The notes: generated from the letters alone by a model not told the origin. A stretch of 64,000 nt of DNA from Candidatus Latescibacterota bacterium (GCA_965261395.1 OZ253462.1:4000001-4064000), one strand, 5' to 3'; numbered from the stretch's first letter, positions 48,660-59,245 are shown. Numbers and translations are program-made.

Positions 48660-49208
48660 ATGCGCAAATGGCTGGATAAAACCACGGCCTTGGTCCTGTG
48701 CGGTGCTCTGGTGCTGGTCGCCTGTGGTGGCGACGACGACGAAGCCGCACCGGTGGAGCCTGAGCCGGAACCGGTGGCTGAGATAACGCCTGAAATTATC
48801 GGCTTATACGGCACGTTGGTCTCCAGTTTTACGAATATTTTCTTGGCCGCGATTGTCGCCCCTCCCGGTGAAACGGTGTCGATACCAGGAGTAAGCGGCG
48901 CGGTGGAGGTCACGGACAACGAATGGGTGATCAAGGACTTCTCACCCGATGGCGCGTTGGTGTTCAACGGCACCTTGACCGTCGACAAGGCCAAGGTGCT
49001 AGAGCAGATGCCTGTCCCGGTGACAGGATCGGTCACCTTTTCTGGATCACAAGAAGGCGAGCTGACGCTCGATATGCAGATCACGGTTGGAGCCGACGGG
49101 AGCCTTTCTTCTACCGGGACGATAACTATTGACGGCGCAGAATTTGACGTCGCGGAACTCTCGGCTGCTGTCGCCGCTGCTGTCGCTGCTGCCGAGGCCG
49201 CTGGATAG
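48660..49208 (+). CDS. Hypothetical lipoprotein
   Basis: Lipobox LVAC; RBS AGGAGG; beta-rich. Confidence 0.75.
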   Translation: MRKWLDKTTALVLCGALVLVACGGDDDEAAPVEPEPEPVAEITPEIIGLYGTLVSSFTNIFLAAIVAPPGETVSIPGVSGAVEVTDNEWVIKDFSPDGALVFNGTLTVDKAKVLEQMPVPVTGSVTFSGSQEGELTLDMQITVGADGSLSSTGTITIDGAEFDVAELSAAVAAAVAAAEAAG

Positions 49209-49214
49209 TAGGCC

Positions 49215-49727
49215 GTGCCGTTTTGCTGTTTGGTCGCAGCCCTAGCCTTGTGCTGGGGCTGCGACCGCGGTCTCGATGCCGAGGCCACCGGGCAGACCGG
49301 GATCGCCGGTCGGCTGCACTTTGTCGGCGAGTGGCCCGCGAATGTGGGGCAGGTGGCCGTGGCCGTCTATCGCGAGCCACCCGCTTCGCTGGCCGATTTT
49401 TTTAGGATCAATGGCTGGGACACCGAGGTCGCGCTCGGAGCCGAGTCCTATGACTATTTCGTCCCCTTAGACGGGGAAGGCGTATATCAGTGGATTATCG
49501 TGGCTTGGCGCGAGGAGGACCAGTTCTGGGACTTTACCTCGCTTTTGGGCTGCTATCACCTACCCGAAGCCGACCGTCCTTCGTCGGTGGAAGTCGGCCC
49601 CGGAGAGGTCGCTGCCGGTATCGACATTGAGATCAACTTCGCTGTGTTGGACCATGAGACCGAGCTTAGCACTGCTCTGTGTGAGCGCGTTTTGCCTGCT
49701 GAACTCCTGGCCGAGTTCGGCCGCTGA
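49215..49727 (+). CDS. Hypothetical lipoprotein upstream of TonB receptor
   Basis: Signal ending WGC; operon position. Confidence 0.65.
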   Translation: MPFCCLVAALALCWGCDRGLDAEATGQTGIAGRLHFVGEWPANVGQVAVAVYREPPASLADFFRINGWDTEVALGAESYDYFVPLDGEGVYQWIIVAWREEDQFWDFTSLLGCYHLPEADRPSSVEVGPGEVAAGIDIEINFAVLDHETELSTALCERVLPAELLAEFGR

Positions 49728-51906
49728 TATCGTCGTCCGCGTCCTCGACGCTAGCGACCAAACCCCGCTGCCCAGAGCGACGTTAGCGGTACTGGGAACG
49801 GAATTTGGGGGCTACGCCAACGAAGAGGGCTACTGCCGGGTCGAGGGCTTGCCTGACGGCCAATACGACCTGCTTTGTTCGCATATTGGCTATCGCTCGC
49901 ACACCCTGCGCGGCGTTGTGCCCGGGGACGAGGCGCGCGTCGTCGCCCTCGAACCTACAGCCGTCGAAGTTCCCGAGCTAGTCGTCTCTGCTGCCCGCCG
50001 CTCCCAGACTTTTGCCCAAGCCCCCATTAGCATTTCAGTAGCCGATGCCGAGCGCATCGCCGATCACAACGCCTTCTCGCTGACAGGCCCCCTGCGCTAT
50101 GTCTCGGGCATCAGCCAAGTAGGTAGCCAGCCCGTCGTCCGCGGATCGAGCGGCTTCAGCCGTGGCACGGGCAGTCGGCTACTGATGCTGGTGGATGGAT
50201 TTCCGATGCTGTCGTCGGATCTGGGCGACATCAAGTGGGATGCCGTGCCCCTGCAGCAAGTCGAGCGCGTGGAGGTGGTCAAAGGAGCTGGCTCGGCCCT
50301 GTACGGCACGGGGGCTTTGGGCGGGGTAATCAACGTGCTGACCCGCGATCCGGCGCGTGAGCCGGGCACCCGCTTTCGGCTGCTCAGCGGGCTGTATAGC
50401 CAGCCGGCGTATAGTCAGTGGCGCTGGACCGAGTCCCCGATGCACTTTGTCGGGTTTGACGTAAGCCACAATCGGGTCTTGGGCCGGACCGGCTTGGCGC
50501 TGAGCGGGGGACACAACCGGGGCACGGGGTACCACCAAAACGGCGATAATCGCCGCTATCACCTCTACACCAAGGCGGTGCATCGCTTCTCGCCGACGAG
50601 CTATTGGCGCGTGATGGGCAACTGGGCATTGGACGATCACGGGGTCTTCGTCCTGTGGCGCGACCGCAGTCATCCGCTGGCTGTGCCCGAAAGCGACGCC
50701 CCAGCCCATAGTATCTCGTGGAAGATGCACCTCAATTCCGAGTACTACCACTTGGTACACAGCGACTTGGGCTACCGACTCAAGACGGGGTATTACCGCA
50801 CGGGTTTTACCAACAACGCGGCGGCTGGAGGCTTGGCCTCAGATGGCCACAAAATTTCGGGCGAAGGTCAGTTCGACTACACGGGATTGCGCGGTTGGAA
50901 TTGGACGCTGGGGCTGGCCTCCGTGGCCGATCTGGTGCGCTCGCCCGGCGATTTCCTCGGCACGCGCTCTTTGATGACCGTCTCCGGCTACGCCCAAGGC
51001 GTGTATGAAATCAGTCCGCTGGCCGAGTGGACGACCGGGTTGCGCTACGACTGGAATCGGCTCTCCGCCGCCTCTGGGCTGACGGACGGGCCGTGCGGGG
51101 CACCGCCGGTTGATAGTAAAAGCATTGGGGAATTTAGCCCCCAAGTCGGCTTTTCCTATCGGCTGTCGGAGGCGACCGCGCTGCGGGCTTCGCTCGGCCG
51201 CGGTTTTCGCGTGCCTTCGGTACTTGAGGTCTTTTCTCAGGCCGAGGCCTCTGGTATCCGGGTCTGCCCCAACCCCGCCTTGGATCCCGAGCGGGCTTGG
51301 TCTGGCGAGGTCGGGATCAAACAGGGGCTGGCAAAGTGGTTGGCCTTGGATATGGCTCTGTTTTGGAACGAGTACCGCGAGTTAATTGAGGCGCGTCCAG
51401 ACCCCTATGCCGGAGGGACCGTGCCCGTGGCGCGCTTCCTGAATTTGGCGCGGGCGCGGGTCGCTGGGTTTGAAAGCGAAGTCTTGGCCGCCCTGCCGCT
51501 GGGCTTGGGGGCTAGGGCGGCTTATACCTTTGTCGATGGCGTAGAGTTTCTCGATGGGGACCAAGTGCTGCCGCCTTATTGCCACGGCGACTACGGCGAT
51601 CAGGCACCGCTGCCCTATCGGTCGCGCCACGTCCTCAATCTGGGCCTCCAAGGGGAGCGCGGCCCCACTAGCGGGCAGATAAACTTCCAATATCTCAGCC
51701 GTTTTGAACGGGTATCCGGTCTCTTTGCCGAGTGCGGGCGCGACTATGTGCCCATTTACTTGCTCGACGTGCAGTTGAGCCGCCAGCTAGGCCCCTTGCG
51801 GCTCAACCTACGAGTGGACAATGCGCTGCAGTATTACTACGCGACGATCGAGCGCAAAATACGCCCCTTGCGTCGCATCTCCTTGAGCGTGGATGGTGCG
51901 CTCTAA
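49654..51906 (+). CDS. TonB-dependent receptor
   Basis: Signal peptide, carboxypeptidase-regulatory-like N domain, RVEVVKGAGSALYG, GGVINV, NPALDPE. Confidence 0.92.
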   Translation: MRPSLALLCVSAFCLLNSWPSSAADIVVRVLDASDQTPLPRATLAVLGTEFGGYANEEGYCRVEGLPDGQYDLLCSHIGYRSHTLRGVVPGDEARVVALEPTAVEVPELVVSAARRSQTFAQAPISISVADAERIADHNAFSLTGPLRYVSGISQVGSQPVVRGSSGFSRGTGSRLLMLVDGFPMLSSDLGDIKWDAVPLQQVERVEVVKGAGSALYGTGALGGVINVLTRDPAREPGTRFRLLSGLYSQPAYSQWRWTESPMHFVGFDVSHNRVLGRTGLALSGGHNRGTGYHQNGDNRRYHLYTKAVHRFSPTSYWRVMGNWALDDHGVFVLWRDRSHPLAVPESDAPAHSISWKMHLNSEYYHLVHSDLGYRLKTGYYRTGFTNNAAAGGLASDGHKISGEGQFDYTGLRGWNWTLGLASVADLVRSPGDFLGTRSLMTVSGYAQGVYEISPLAEWTTGLRYDWNRLSAASGLTDGPCGAPPVDSKSIGEFSPQVGFSYRLSEATALRASLGRGFRVPSVLEVFSQAEASGIRVCPNPALDPERAWSGEVGIKQGLAKWLALDMALFWNEYRELIEARPDPYAGGTVPVARFLNLARARVAGFESEVLAALPLGLGARAAYTFVDGVEFLDGDQVLPPYCHGDYGDQAPLPYRSRHVLNLGLQGERGPTSGQINFQYLSRFERVSGLFAECGRDYVPIYLLDVQLSRQLGPLRLNLRVDNALQYYYATIERKIRPLRRISLSVDGAL

Positions 51907-53599
51907 CAATCCCTATACAGCTAGTATAGTCCAGTGGCAGGCCGCCATTGAGCAGGGCCGCTTTGACCGCGAGTTCGGGCGGATCTACGGGCGGGGACAG
52001 GTGGCGGCTTGGCGGGCCAATTACTTGGAGGCTCTGCGCCATTTTGCAGCTCGCTACGGCAGCGAGGGCCGCGTGGTCGTGGCGCGCTGCCCTGGGCAGA
52101 TGAACGTCATGGGTATGCACATTGACTACGGCGGCATGCCCTCGGTGCGGATGGCCGTGCGCGGCGCGGATACGTTGGTGGTGGCGCGGGCGGCCTCCAA
52201 CCGGCGAGTGCGGCTAGCCAGCTTCCTGCGCAGCCCAGGTGCGACCGCCGATCGCTTCGCGCCGATTGAACTCGACTTGAAGGAAATCCTACCGAAGGTC
52301 CGCGTGGCCGAGCGGCAGGCACTGATGGACTACGCGGGCCAAGTTTGCCGCCAGCGCTTAGAGCGCACGGGTAGCGCCTTGGCCCGCGATTGGTCGGCGC
52401 TGGTGGAAGGCCAGCTCGTGTACTTGGAGAGTTATTTTCGCGGTCGAGTGGCCTTGGGCGGCTTCGACGGGCTGGTGTGGAGCAATGTCTCGCCCAGCGG
52501 GGGCATGAGTTCGTCCTCGGCGCTGGTTGTGGCGACGGCGCTGGCGGCGATGGGGGTTCACGGATTGGTGCCGCGCTGCGATATGCCCGAAGCGGACTTG
52601 GTCGATGGGCTGGGCACCTCCGAGTGGATGCGCGGCACGCGCGGCGGCACGGCCGACCACGGAGGGATGATCTTGGGTCGGGCGGGCAAACTGGTCGGCG
52701 TCGGCGTCTTTCCGGCCCGTGTGCAAGGCGAGGCCGCATTGCCCGACGAGTACGCCGCCCTAGTGATCGACAGCGGCGTCGTGCGCGAATACGACGAGGC
52801 CGTCAAGGAAGAGACGGTCATCGCCTATCCGCTCGGCGCGTTTATCGCCCGCGAGTTGGTTTTGCCGCAGTTGGGCACAAGTCGCGCCGTGTGCGAGCGC
52901 GTCCGCTATCTCCGGGATATTGCGCCCGAGCCGTTGGGGCTGTCGCTTGCGGAGTTGTACCGGGTCTTGGGCCAGATGCCTCGGCAGACCAGTCTGGCGC
53001 AGTTAGCTGCCGAAGCGCAAGCGGCCGGAGTCGGGGAGCATTTCGACGCCATGTGCCAGCGAGAGGTCGCCGGCAAGTTCCAGCTTCTATCCGAGGACAC
53101 GCCTTTGTTTATTCGCCGGCGCTGCGTCTATGGTTTGGCTGAGCAGGACCGGGTGGCCGGTATGGTCGAATACCTCAATGCGGGCGATATGGCCACGGCT
53201 TTGGAGCTGATCCGCATTTCGCACGACGGCGATCTGGATCGGGAAGTCGGAGACGAGGTCTTGGCACAACTCATAGAGCGAGCCGAGCGCGGGGAAGCGC
53301 AAGCGCAACTGCGCTTTTTGCCCGGGGGCTACGGGCGGATGACGCCGGCCTACGATCGGACCGTGCGGGTGATCAATCGGTTTCTCACCGCCGAGGGACC
53401 AACGGCGGGGGCCGTGCAGCGGCTGGGTGCTGGCTGGGGCGGCAACATCGGCGGATTAGTCCATCGTGCGTTCGTCGATGGGGACCGCCGCGATGCATTT
53501 GCAGATATGTTGCGCACGGAGCTGGGCCATGAGCCGGAGCTAGCCGTGGCCGTGCCCGGCGAAGGGGCCGGTTTGCTCGCCGCACCCCAAGGAGATTGA
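51893..53599 (+). CDS. Galactokinase-like GHMP kinase
   Basis: PGQMNVMGMHIDY, GGMSSSSA, GAGWGG. Confidence 0.82.
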   Translation: MVRSNNPYTASIVQWQAAIEQGRFDREFGRIYGRGQVAAWRANYLEALRHFAARYGSEGRVVVARCPGQMNVMGMHIDYGGMPSVRMAVRGADTLVVARAASNRRVRLASFLRSPGATADRFAPIELDLKEILPKVRVAERQALMDYAGQVCRQRLERTGSALARDWSALVEGQLVYLESYFRGRVALGGFDGLVWSNVSPSGGMSSSSALVVATALAAMGVHGLVPRCDMPEADLVDGLGTSEWMRGTRGGTADHGGMILGRAGKLVGVGVFPARVQGEAALPDEYAALVIDSGVVREYDEAVKEETVIAYPLGAFIARELVLPQLGTSRAVCERVRYLRDIAPEPLGLSLAELYRVLGQMPRQTSLAQLAAEAQAAGVGEHFDAMCQREVAGKFQLLSEDTPLFIRRRCVYGLAEQDRVAGMVEYLNAGDMATALELIRISHDGDLDREVGDEVLAQLIERAERGEAQAQLRFLPGGYGRMTPAYDRTVRVINRFLTAEGPTAGAVQRLGAGWGGNIGGLVHRAFVDGDRRDAFADMLRTELGHEPELAVAVPGEGAGLLAAPQGD

Positions 53600-53600
53600 G

Positions 53601-54788
53601 ATGGAACACTTGTTGGACGGCGTGCAGGTGCTCGACTTGACGCGGGTTTTAGCCGGGCCGTACGCGTCTATGGTGTTGGCCGACTTGGGTGCGGAAGTGA
53701 TCAAGATCGAGCTGCCGGGCACGGGCGACGAGGCGCGGGGGTTCGGGCCGTTCCAAAACGGCGAGAGCGCGTACTTTGCCAGCGTCAACCGCGGCAAAAA
53801 AAGCGTGACGATCGACTTGCGACAGGCACAGGGTCAGGACTTGGCGCGGCGTTTGGCTGGCGAGTGCGATGTGTTGATTGAGAACTTTCGTCCCGGCAGC
53901 ATGGATCGCTTTGGGTTGGGGTACGCGGCCCTGCACGCGCTGTATCCGCGCTTGGTGTACGCGTCGATCTCGGGTTTTGGCCAAACCGGCCCGTACGCGC
54001 AGCGGCCCGCGTACGACGTGCTCATTCAGGCGATGGGGGGGCTGGCCAGCATCACCGGGCAGCCCGACGGTCCGCCCGTGCGGGTCGGCTCGTCGATTGC
54101 CGACTTGAGCGCGGCTCTCTTTGGAGCCATTGGCATCCTCGCGGCCTTGGAGCGGGCACGGCGCACCGGCGAGGGGCAGCAAGTCGATATTTCCATGCTC
54201 GACTGTCAGGTAGCCCTGCTGGAAAACGCCCTCGCCCGCTACGCTGTATCCGGCGAAGTGCCCAAGCCGCTCGGGTCGCGGCATCCGGCCATTACCCCTT
54301 TCCAGTTCTTCGCCGCCCGCGATGGGTACATTGTCATTGCCGCGGGCAACGACCGGCTCTGGCGTCAGCTCTGCGACGCCTTGGGCTTGAGCGCATTGGC
54401 CGACGATCCGCGCTTTGCCAACAATGCGCTGCGCACCGAGAACCACGCGGCATTGGAGCCGATTTTGGAACAGGTGCTGGTCGAGAAAACCGTTGATGAG
54501 TGGTGCGCCATACTAGCTGCGGCCGGCGTGCCGAGCGGGCCGTTGTGCGATGTGGAGCAGGTCTTTGGCGATGAGCAGGTGGCGGCGCGGGAGATGATTG
54601 TCGAGCTGGAGCACCCGGTCGCGGGTCGGCAGACAGTGGCCAACTCGCCGCTGCGGTTTTCCGCGACGCCGGTCGAGTTGCGCGGGCCAGCGCCCTTGTT
54701 GGGGCAGCATACCGAGGAGGTCTTAAGCGGCGTCTTGGGGGTGACGGAAGGGGAGATGGCGGCGTTGCGGGCTGAGGGGGTGATATGA
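53601..54788 (+). CDS. CaiB/BaiF family CoA transferase
   Basis: VLDLTRVLAGP, NRGKKS, ENFRPG, YD. Confidence 0.94.
   Translation: MEHLLDGVQVLDLTRVLAGPYASMVLADLGAEVIKIELPGTGDEARGFGPFQNGESAYFASVNRGKKSVTIDLRQAQGQDLARRLAGECDVLIENFRPGSMDRFGLGYAALHALYPRLVYASISGFGQTGPYAQRPAYDVLIQAMGGLASITGQPDGPPVRVGSSIADLSAALFGAIGILAALERARRTGEGQQVDISMLDCQVALLENALARYAVSGEVPKPLGSRHPAITPFQFFAARDGYIVIAAGNDRLWRQLCDALGLSALADDPRFANNALRTENHAALEPILEQVLVEKTVDEWCAILAAAGVPSGPLCDVEQVFGDEQVAAREMIVELEHPVAGRQTVANSPLRFSATPVELRGPAPLLGQHTEEVLSGVLGVTEGEMAALRAEGVI
54701..54788 (+). repeat. 88-bp repeat copy 1 (CoA transferase 3' end), partner 59264-59351
   Basis: 77/88 identical by manual alignment. Confidence 0.93.
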
Positions 54789-54839
54789 GGGCGGGGAGTG
54801 CTTGGCTGCGCCTTGGTTGCTGCTGGATATGCTGCGACC

Positions 54840-55258
54840 TAACGGAAATCGGTGGCTGCCTCGAAGCATTTGTTGTAAAAAATGGCTTGGGCGAAACCTA
54901 TGCGGCCGGGACCGGCTTCATTATTGACACCGCGCCCGATACGGTCCGTGCGCCCGACGTCAGCTTTGTGTCGCGGGAACGCGCTGAGGCTACCGCAGAA
55001 GAACGAGGTTTTTTCCCCGGCGCACCCGACCTCGCCGTTGAAGTCATTTCGCCCAATGATCGATACAGCGAGATTGAAGAAAAAGTGTCCGACTGGCTGC
55101 GGGCGGGTACGCAGATGGTCGTTGTGATAGACCCCCACCAACGCACCGCAACGGTTTACCGCGCACCCGACGATATTTGTATTCTCACCGAAGGCGACAT
55201 GCTCGACGGCGGCGATGTAGTGCCTGGGTGGAAAATGGCTCTTGCAGACGTATTCTAA
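54840..55258 (+). pseudogene. 5'-truncated Uma2 family endonuclease
   Basis: RAPDVSF and PDLAVEVISP present; N-terminal EL..GE...P...H segment missing. Confidence 0.65.
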
Positions 55259-55308
55259 ATGGCGGACGCATGGCTCGGGTAGCTCAGGAGTTGGCGCTGT
55301 ACAATGCG

Positions 55309-55348
55309 AGGGCGGCCATCTCAGCACATCGAGATGGCCGCCCTTTTT
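55309..55348 (+). terminator. Intrinsic terminator
   Basis: 14-bp stem AGGGCGGCCATCTC/GAGATGGCCGCCCT followed by a T run. Confidence 0.8.
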
Positions 55349-55418
55349 GTTTTAGCACCCTGATAATCGGGGCCGAATTCTACATCGAACCTGCCCAATG
55401 CAATTTGGGCGTGTATCG

Positions 55419-57068
55419 TCAGATCGGAAGGGGCAACTGCTCTTCCTCGACAGCCCTCTTCATCCAAGTGTTGAACTGCGTATTCACAAGGCCATAGTGG
55501 TTTTCCAACTCTGATTTTTCGATAGACCCGTTGGCAAGTCGTTCTTGGAGCGACTGAATAAAGTGCCCGTACAGGTCAGAGATGCCAGACGGTTCCTGTG
55601 GGCTGGTGTGCTCGGGCTGTTGGTTCAAACTAAGCATCACCGGCTTCGACTCCGCGACCACGTTTTCCTCGACAGCCCTCTTCATCCAAGTGTTGAACTG
55701 CGTATTCACAAGGCCATAGTGGCTTTTCAACTCTGATTTTTCGATAGACCCATTGGTAAGCCGTTCTTGGAGCGACTGAATAAAGTGCCCGTACAGGTCA
55801 GAGATGCCAGACGGTTCCTGTGGGCTGGTGTGCTCGGGCTGTTGGTTTAAACTAAGCATCATCGGCTTCGACTCCGTGACCACGTTTTCCTCGATAGCTC
55901 TCTTCATCCAAGCGTCGAACTGCGTTTTCACAAGGCCATAGTGGCTTTCCAACTCTGATTTTTTGATAGACCCATTGGCAAGCCATTCGCGGAGCGACTG
56001 AATGAAGTGCCCGTATAGGTCAGAACTCTGCTCCTGCGGCCTAGTGTACTCGGGCTGTTCCGAGACGTTTCCAGCACCAGAAGGAGCGGTCCCTACTTCA
56101 GTGTCTGCATATAAGGAGTCGTCCTCTATTTGCCCTGATGAGGCGGCTGATTGATCCGAGACACAAATCTGCTGGATTACCTCCTGCGGAGGACCTTGTG
56201 CTTGATGGACGCTTAAAAGGGCCGTATTGCCGGGGGAACCATCGCTGTCTTGGCGGACCCAGATTGGTACCCATTGTCTCTTCATATTCTCAATGGCACC
56301 TTCCCAAGTGCCACCTTTTATACCGGAATGAACAACTAACGCTCTGTCGGACAGGCAGTAGATGTACTTATTCCTTTGCATGGCTCTGCCGACGGTGAAG
56401 CCTGCCTCGGGGTTAAATGGCGAGACCAGCACTAGATTCTGAGACCGCAGATAGGATCGGTACATCTTACTTGACGACGCGCGTAGCAGGCTGTCCGCAA
56501 GAATGCCGACAACAGTGCCTTCCCTGTCCAGTGCCCCGAACATCGCGGCTTGGTCAATCCCCTTCGCTCCGCCCGATACGACGGAGTAACCGGCACCAGC
56601 CACAGCCTCGCCGAACGCCTGAGTCCAAGAAAGATCGCGATCCGAAGCCGCTCGAGAGCCGACGACTGCGATTCCTCTAGAACGCAGCAACTTTTGGTGG
56701 CCGCAGCCGTACAGCACTGGGGGGGATGCTTGGCCGAGCCGCTTCTTTAGGTGGACTGGATAGTCATCGTCAGCGCTCGTCAGCCACCACAAGCCAGCTT
56801 GTGCCCACCTATCCTTGGCAAGCCCCAAGGCACTTCCTCGATCTAGAAGTCTTTTGATCCTCTCCGTAGTTCCCCTAGGGTCGGACCTGCCTCCCAAGAC
56901 TTCATCCACATTCTCTAAGAGGTATTCTATGGTTGCATTCCGTTCCTTGAGCCAATTTGCAAATGCCCACCATTCTTCCGTCGTTAAGGGTTTCGCTCCG
57001 CCGTCATCAGAGCCGGAAAGGTGCGCCGTCAGGAGCAGCACCGCATCGCTATTGCCAGATGTAGCCAT
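55419..57068 (-). CDS. DprA/Smf-family protein with triplicated C-terminal domain
   Basis: YP..L, PPVLY, AVVGSR, VSGGAKGID, RNKYI, GGT. Confidence 0.9.
   Translation of the reverse strand: MATSGNSDAVLLLTAHLSGSDDGGAKPLTTEEWWAFANWLKERNATIEYLLENVDEVLGGRSDPRGTTERIKRLLDRGSALGLAKDRWAQAGLWWLTSADDDYPVHLKKRLGQASPPVLYGCGHQKLLRSRGIAVVGSRAASDRDLSWTQAFGEAVAGAGYSVVSGGAKGIDQAAMFGALDREGTVVGILADSLLRASSSKMYRSYLRSQNLVLVSPFNPEAGFTVGRAMQRNKYIYCLSDRALVVHSGIKGGTWEGAIENMKRQWVPIWVRQDSDGSPGNTALLSVHQAQGPPQEVIQQICVSDQSAASSGQIEDDSLYADTEVGTAPSGAGNVSEQPEYTRPQEQSSDLYGHFIQSLREWLANGSIKKSELESHYGLVKTQFDAWMKRAIEENVVTESKPMMLSLNQQPEHTSPQEPSGISDLYGHFIQSLQERLTNGSIEKSELKSHYGLVNTQFNTWMKRAVEENVVAESKPVMLSLNQQPEHTSPQEPSGISDLYGHFIQSLQERLANGSIEKSELENHYGLVNTQFNTWMKRAVEEEQLPLPI
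55443..56059 (-). repeat. 222-bp tandem repeat, ~2.8 copies, within dprA-like gene
   Basis: Same anchor at 55443, 55665 and 55887; 74-aa unit. Confidence 0.95.
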
Positions 57069-57069
57069 T

Positions 57070-59160
57070 TCAACCTCCTATGCCCGCTGTTGCCAGTCCT
57101 ACGGGATAAACTAAGCCGCTTCCGGAGCGCCGGAGGAGCGCCGCCAGAACAGTCATCGTCCAGCGTGAATCGACTACATCGTCAACGAGTAGGACGGGCG
57201 AAGCTGGAACTCTGCCGACGACTTTGAACGCGCCGTCGAGATTTCGGCACTGATGGAAGGTGTTCGCCTGCTGTTTCTGTGGCGGGCAGTCTCGTACTTT
57301 CTGGATCACATCGCAGAACGGTAGTTTGAGCTTATCTGCCAAGCGTCGTGCGAAATCAGGAACTAGGGCTGGGCACCGAAGCGATGGAACGCAGGTAACC
57401 CATTCCACAGGCGAGTCGGGCTGCCATCGCTCTCGGACCATTTCAGCCACTGCGCGGACAAGCTCGTCCCGGAAGTGCTCAGATTCCTTGTCTGCGGCGA
57501 CGACCGCGCCCCAGCCGGCATCTCCCCACTGGGACAGAATTCGCCCCTCCGACGCCTGTAGCTCCGGTACTAAGCGGTCATCAGGGAACCCGTAGGTCGG
57601 CAGCACTCCTTTGCGGATGCTCTTTCTCGGCTCGAACGGCAGTTCCGATCTGCGCAGAAAACGGACCGCTTCCACCTCTAGTTCGTGCTCGACTGTGATT
57701 GAGATCACAGGCTTTCCCATGCAGTTCGCGCACTTGCCGCATCTCTCGACTGCGGGATCGTCTAGCATGTGTCCGAGGTATTCCATGAAGCAGTTGTCGG
57801 TATCTACGTACTCCTGGAACTCTTGCCACTCGCGTTCCCTCTGGCCAGAAAGTCGATGAATGCGCTCCCGGTCCAACTCGAATTCGGCTGCGGTTCGGTG
57901 CCATTTTGGACCGATCTTTATGGCAGGTGAAGGAACTTCGACGCTGAGGACCTTCAGTACCTGCTCAATCTGGCTCTGGCGCATGTTTAGCTGGTTCTGT
58001 AATTCAATGATAGACTGGCCATCAGAGTCTTCCAATGCATAGAGTACCTTCTCAACCGTACGTTCTGGTGGAAAGGCTGTTCTCCGAAAGTAGTCGTGAA
58101 TCTGATCATCTTCCTCTCCCGCGAGCAGGATCCCAACGGCGCTAGGGATGGCCCGGCCGGCTCTGCCTACCTGCTGGTAGTAGGCGACGACGGAACTAGG
58201 AGCCTGATAGTGGATGACGAAGCTGAGGTCTGGCTTGTCGTATCCCATGCCTAAGGCCGTGGTAGCGACTAGGACCTTGATCTCGTTGTTTAGTAGCATG
58301 CCTTCCAGTCGGCGGCGTTCATCGTGGCCAGCTTGGCCCTGAAGACCCGCATGGTAGGCCCGAGCTGAAATGCCATGCCGAGACAGCCAAGCGGCAACCT
58401 GTTCGGCGTCACGCTTGGTAAGTACGTACACTATGCCACTGCCAGGGATCTGCGGAATTGATTGGGCAAGCCACGCTAGGCGCGAGGCTTGATTGTCGAG
58501 CCTTATGGTTTGGAGCGAAAGCGAGTGACGAGAGAGCGGGCCGCGCTGGATTTGGAAATGAGCTAGCTGCGTCTTAATATCGCCAATCACCCGGTCGTTA
58601 GCAGTTGCGGTCGTGCCGAGGACCGGCGTATTACGCGGAAGCATTCTCAGCACGTTAGTCAAGCGCCGGTAATCAGGCCGGAAGTCATGGCCCCAGTCGG
58701 AAATACAATGCGCCTCGTCCACAACGAGCAGACCGATACGATCTGCGATCTTCATCAGTGTGCTCTGGCGGAAGTTTTCGTTAGCGAGCCGTTCGGGTGT
58801 TATCAGCAAGGCATCGATCTGATCGTTAATCACGTCCGTGATGATGGCGTCCCAGTCATCGCGATTGGACGAGTCGATTGATGCGGCGCGTATTCCGAGT
58901 CGCTGCGCCGCCTCAACCTGATTTCGCATCAGAGCGAGCAGCGGCGATACGATGATGGTTGGGCCGCGACCTGCGTCTCGGAAGATTCTCGTGGTGACGA
59001 AGTACACGGCACTCTTGCCCCAGCCCGTCCGTTGCACTAGGAGCAGCTTGGCTCTCCGATTCGACACGGCATCAATCGCTTCCCATTGCCCAGCCCTGAA
59101 CCGCGCATCGGAGTTGCCCACAGCTATCTGTAGAAGCCTCTCCGCTTGTTGTCTATTCAT
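57070..59160 (-). CDS. RecQ-family helicase with C-terminal PRTase-like domain
   Basis: TGWGKS, DEAHCISDWGHDFRPDY, QVGRAGR, Zn motif CGKCANC, LLVDDVVDSRWT. Confidence 0.93.
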   Translation of the reverse strand: MNRQQAERLLQIAVGNSDARFRAGQWEAIDAVSNRRAKLLLVQRTGWGKSAVYFVTTRIFRDAGRGPTIIVSPLLALMRNQVEAAQRLGIRAASIDSSNRDDWDAIITDVINDQIDALLITPERLANENFRQSTLMKIADRIGLLVVDEAHCISDWGHDFRPDYRRLTNVLRMLPRNTPVLGTTATANDRVIGDIKTQLAHFQIQRGPLSRHSLSLQTIRLDNQASRLAWLAQSIPQIPGSGIVYVLTKRDAEQVAAWLSRHGISARAYHAGLQGQAGHDERRRLEGMLLNNEIKVLVATTALGMGYDKPDLSFVIHYQAPSSVVAYYQQVGRAGRAIPSAVGILLAGEEDDQIHDYFRRTAFPPERTVEKVLYALEDSDGQSIIELQNQLNMRQSQIEQVLKVLSVEVPSPAIKIGPKWHRTAAEFELDRERIHRLSGQREREWQEFQEYVDTDNCFMEYLGHMLDDPAVERCGKCANCMGKPVISITVEHELEVEAVRFLRRSELPFEPRKSIRKGVLPTYGFPDDRLVPELQASEGRILSQWGDAGWGAVVAADKESEHFRDELVRAVAEMVRERWQPDSPVEWVTCVPSLRCPALVPDFARRLADKLKLPFCDVIQKVRDCPPQKQQANTFHQCRNLDGAFKVVGRVPASPVLLVDDVVDSRWTMTVLAALLRRSGSGLVYPVGLATAGIGG

Positions 59161-59161
59161 C

Positions 59162-59245
59162 CTAAATACCTAGCGAAGCGAATAAAACAGCGTCAAGCTC
59201 AAGTGGGAGGAGAACCCATATCGGCGCTCGCTACAGTGCACAAGG
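59162..59245 (+). repeat. Degenerate copy of the upstream region and 5' end of gene 61523-61888 (partner 61471-61550)
   Basis: Shared AAAACAGCGTCAAGC, GAGGAGAA, TCGGCGCT..CTACA.TGC..AAGG; ATG changed to ATA. Confidence 0.8.

Noticed and set aside
55419-57068. Housekeeping competence dprA
   Set aside because: Accessory context, coupling to RecQ-PRTase and an atypical repeated C-terminus
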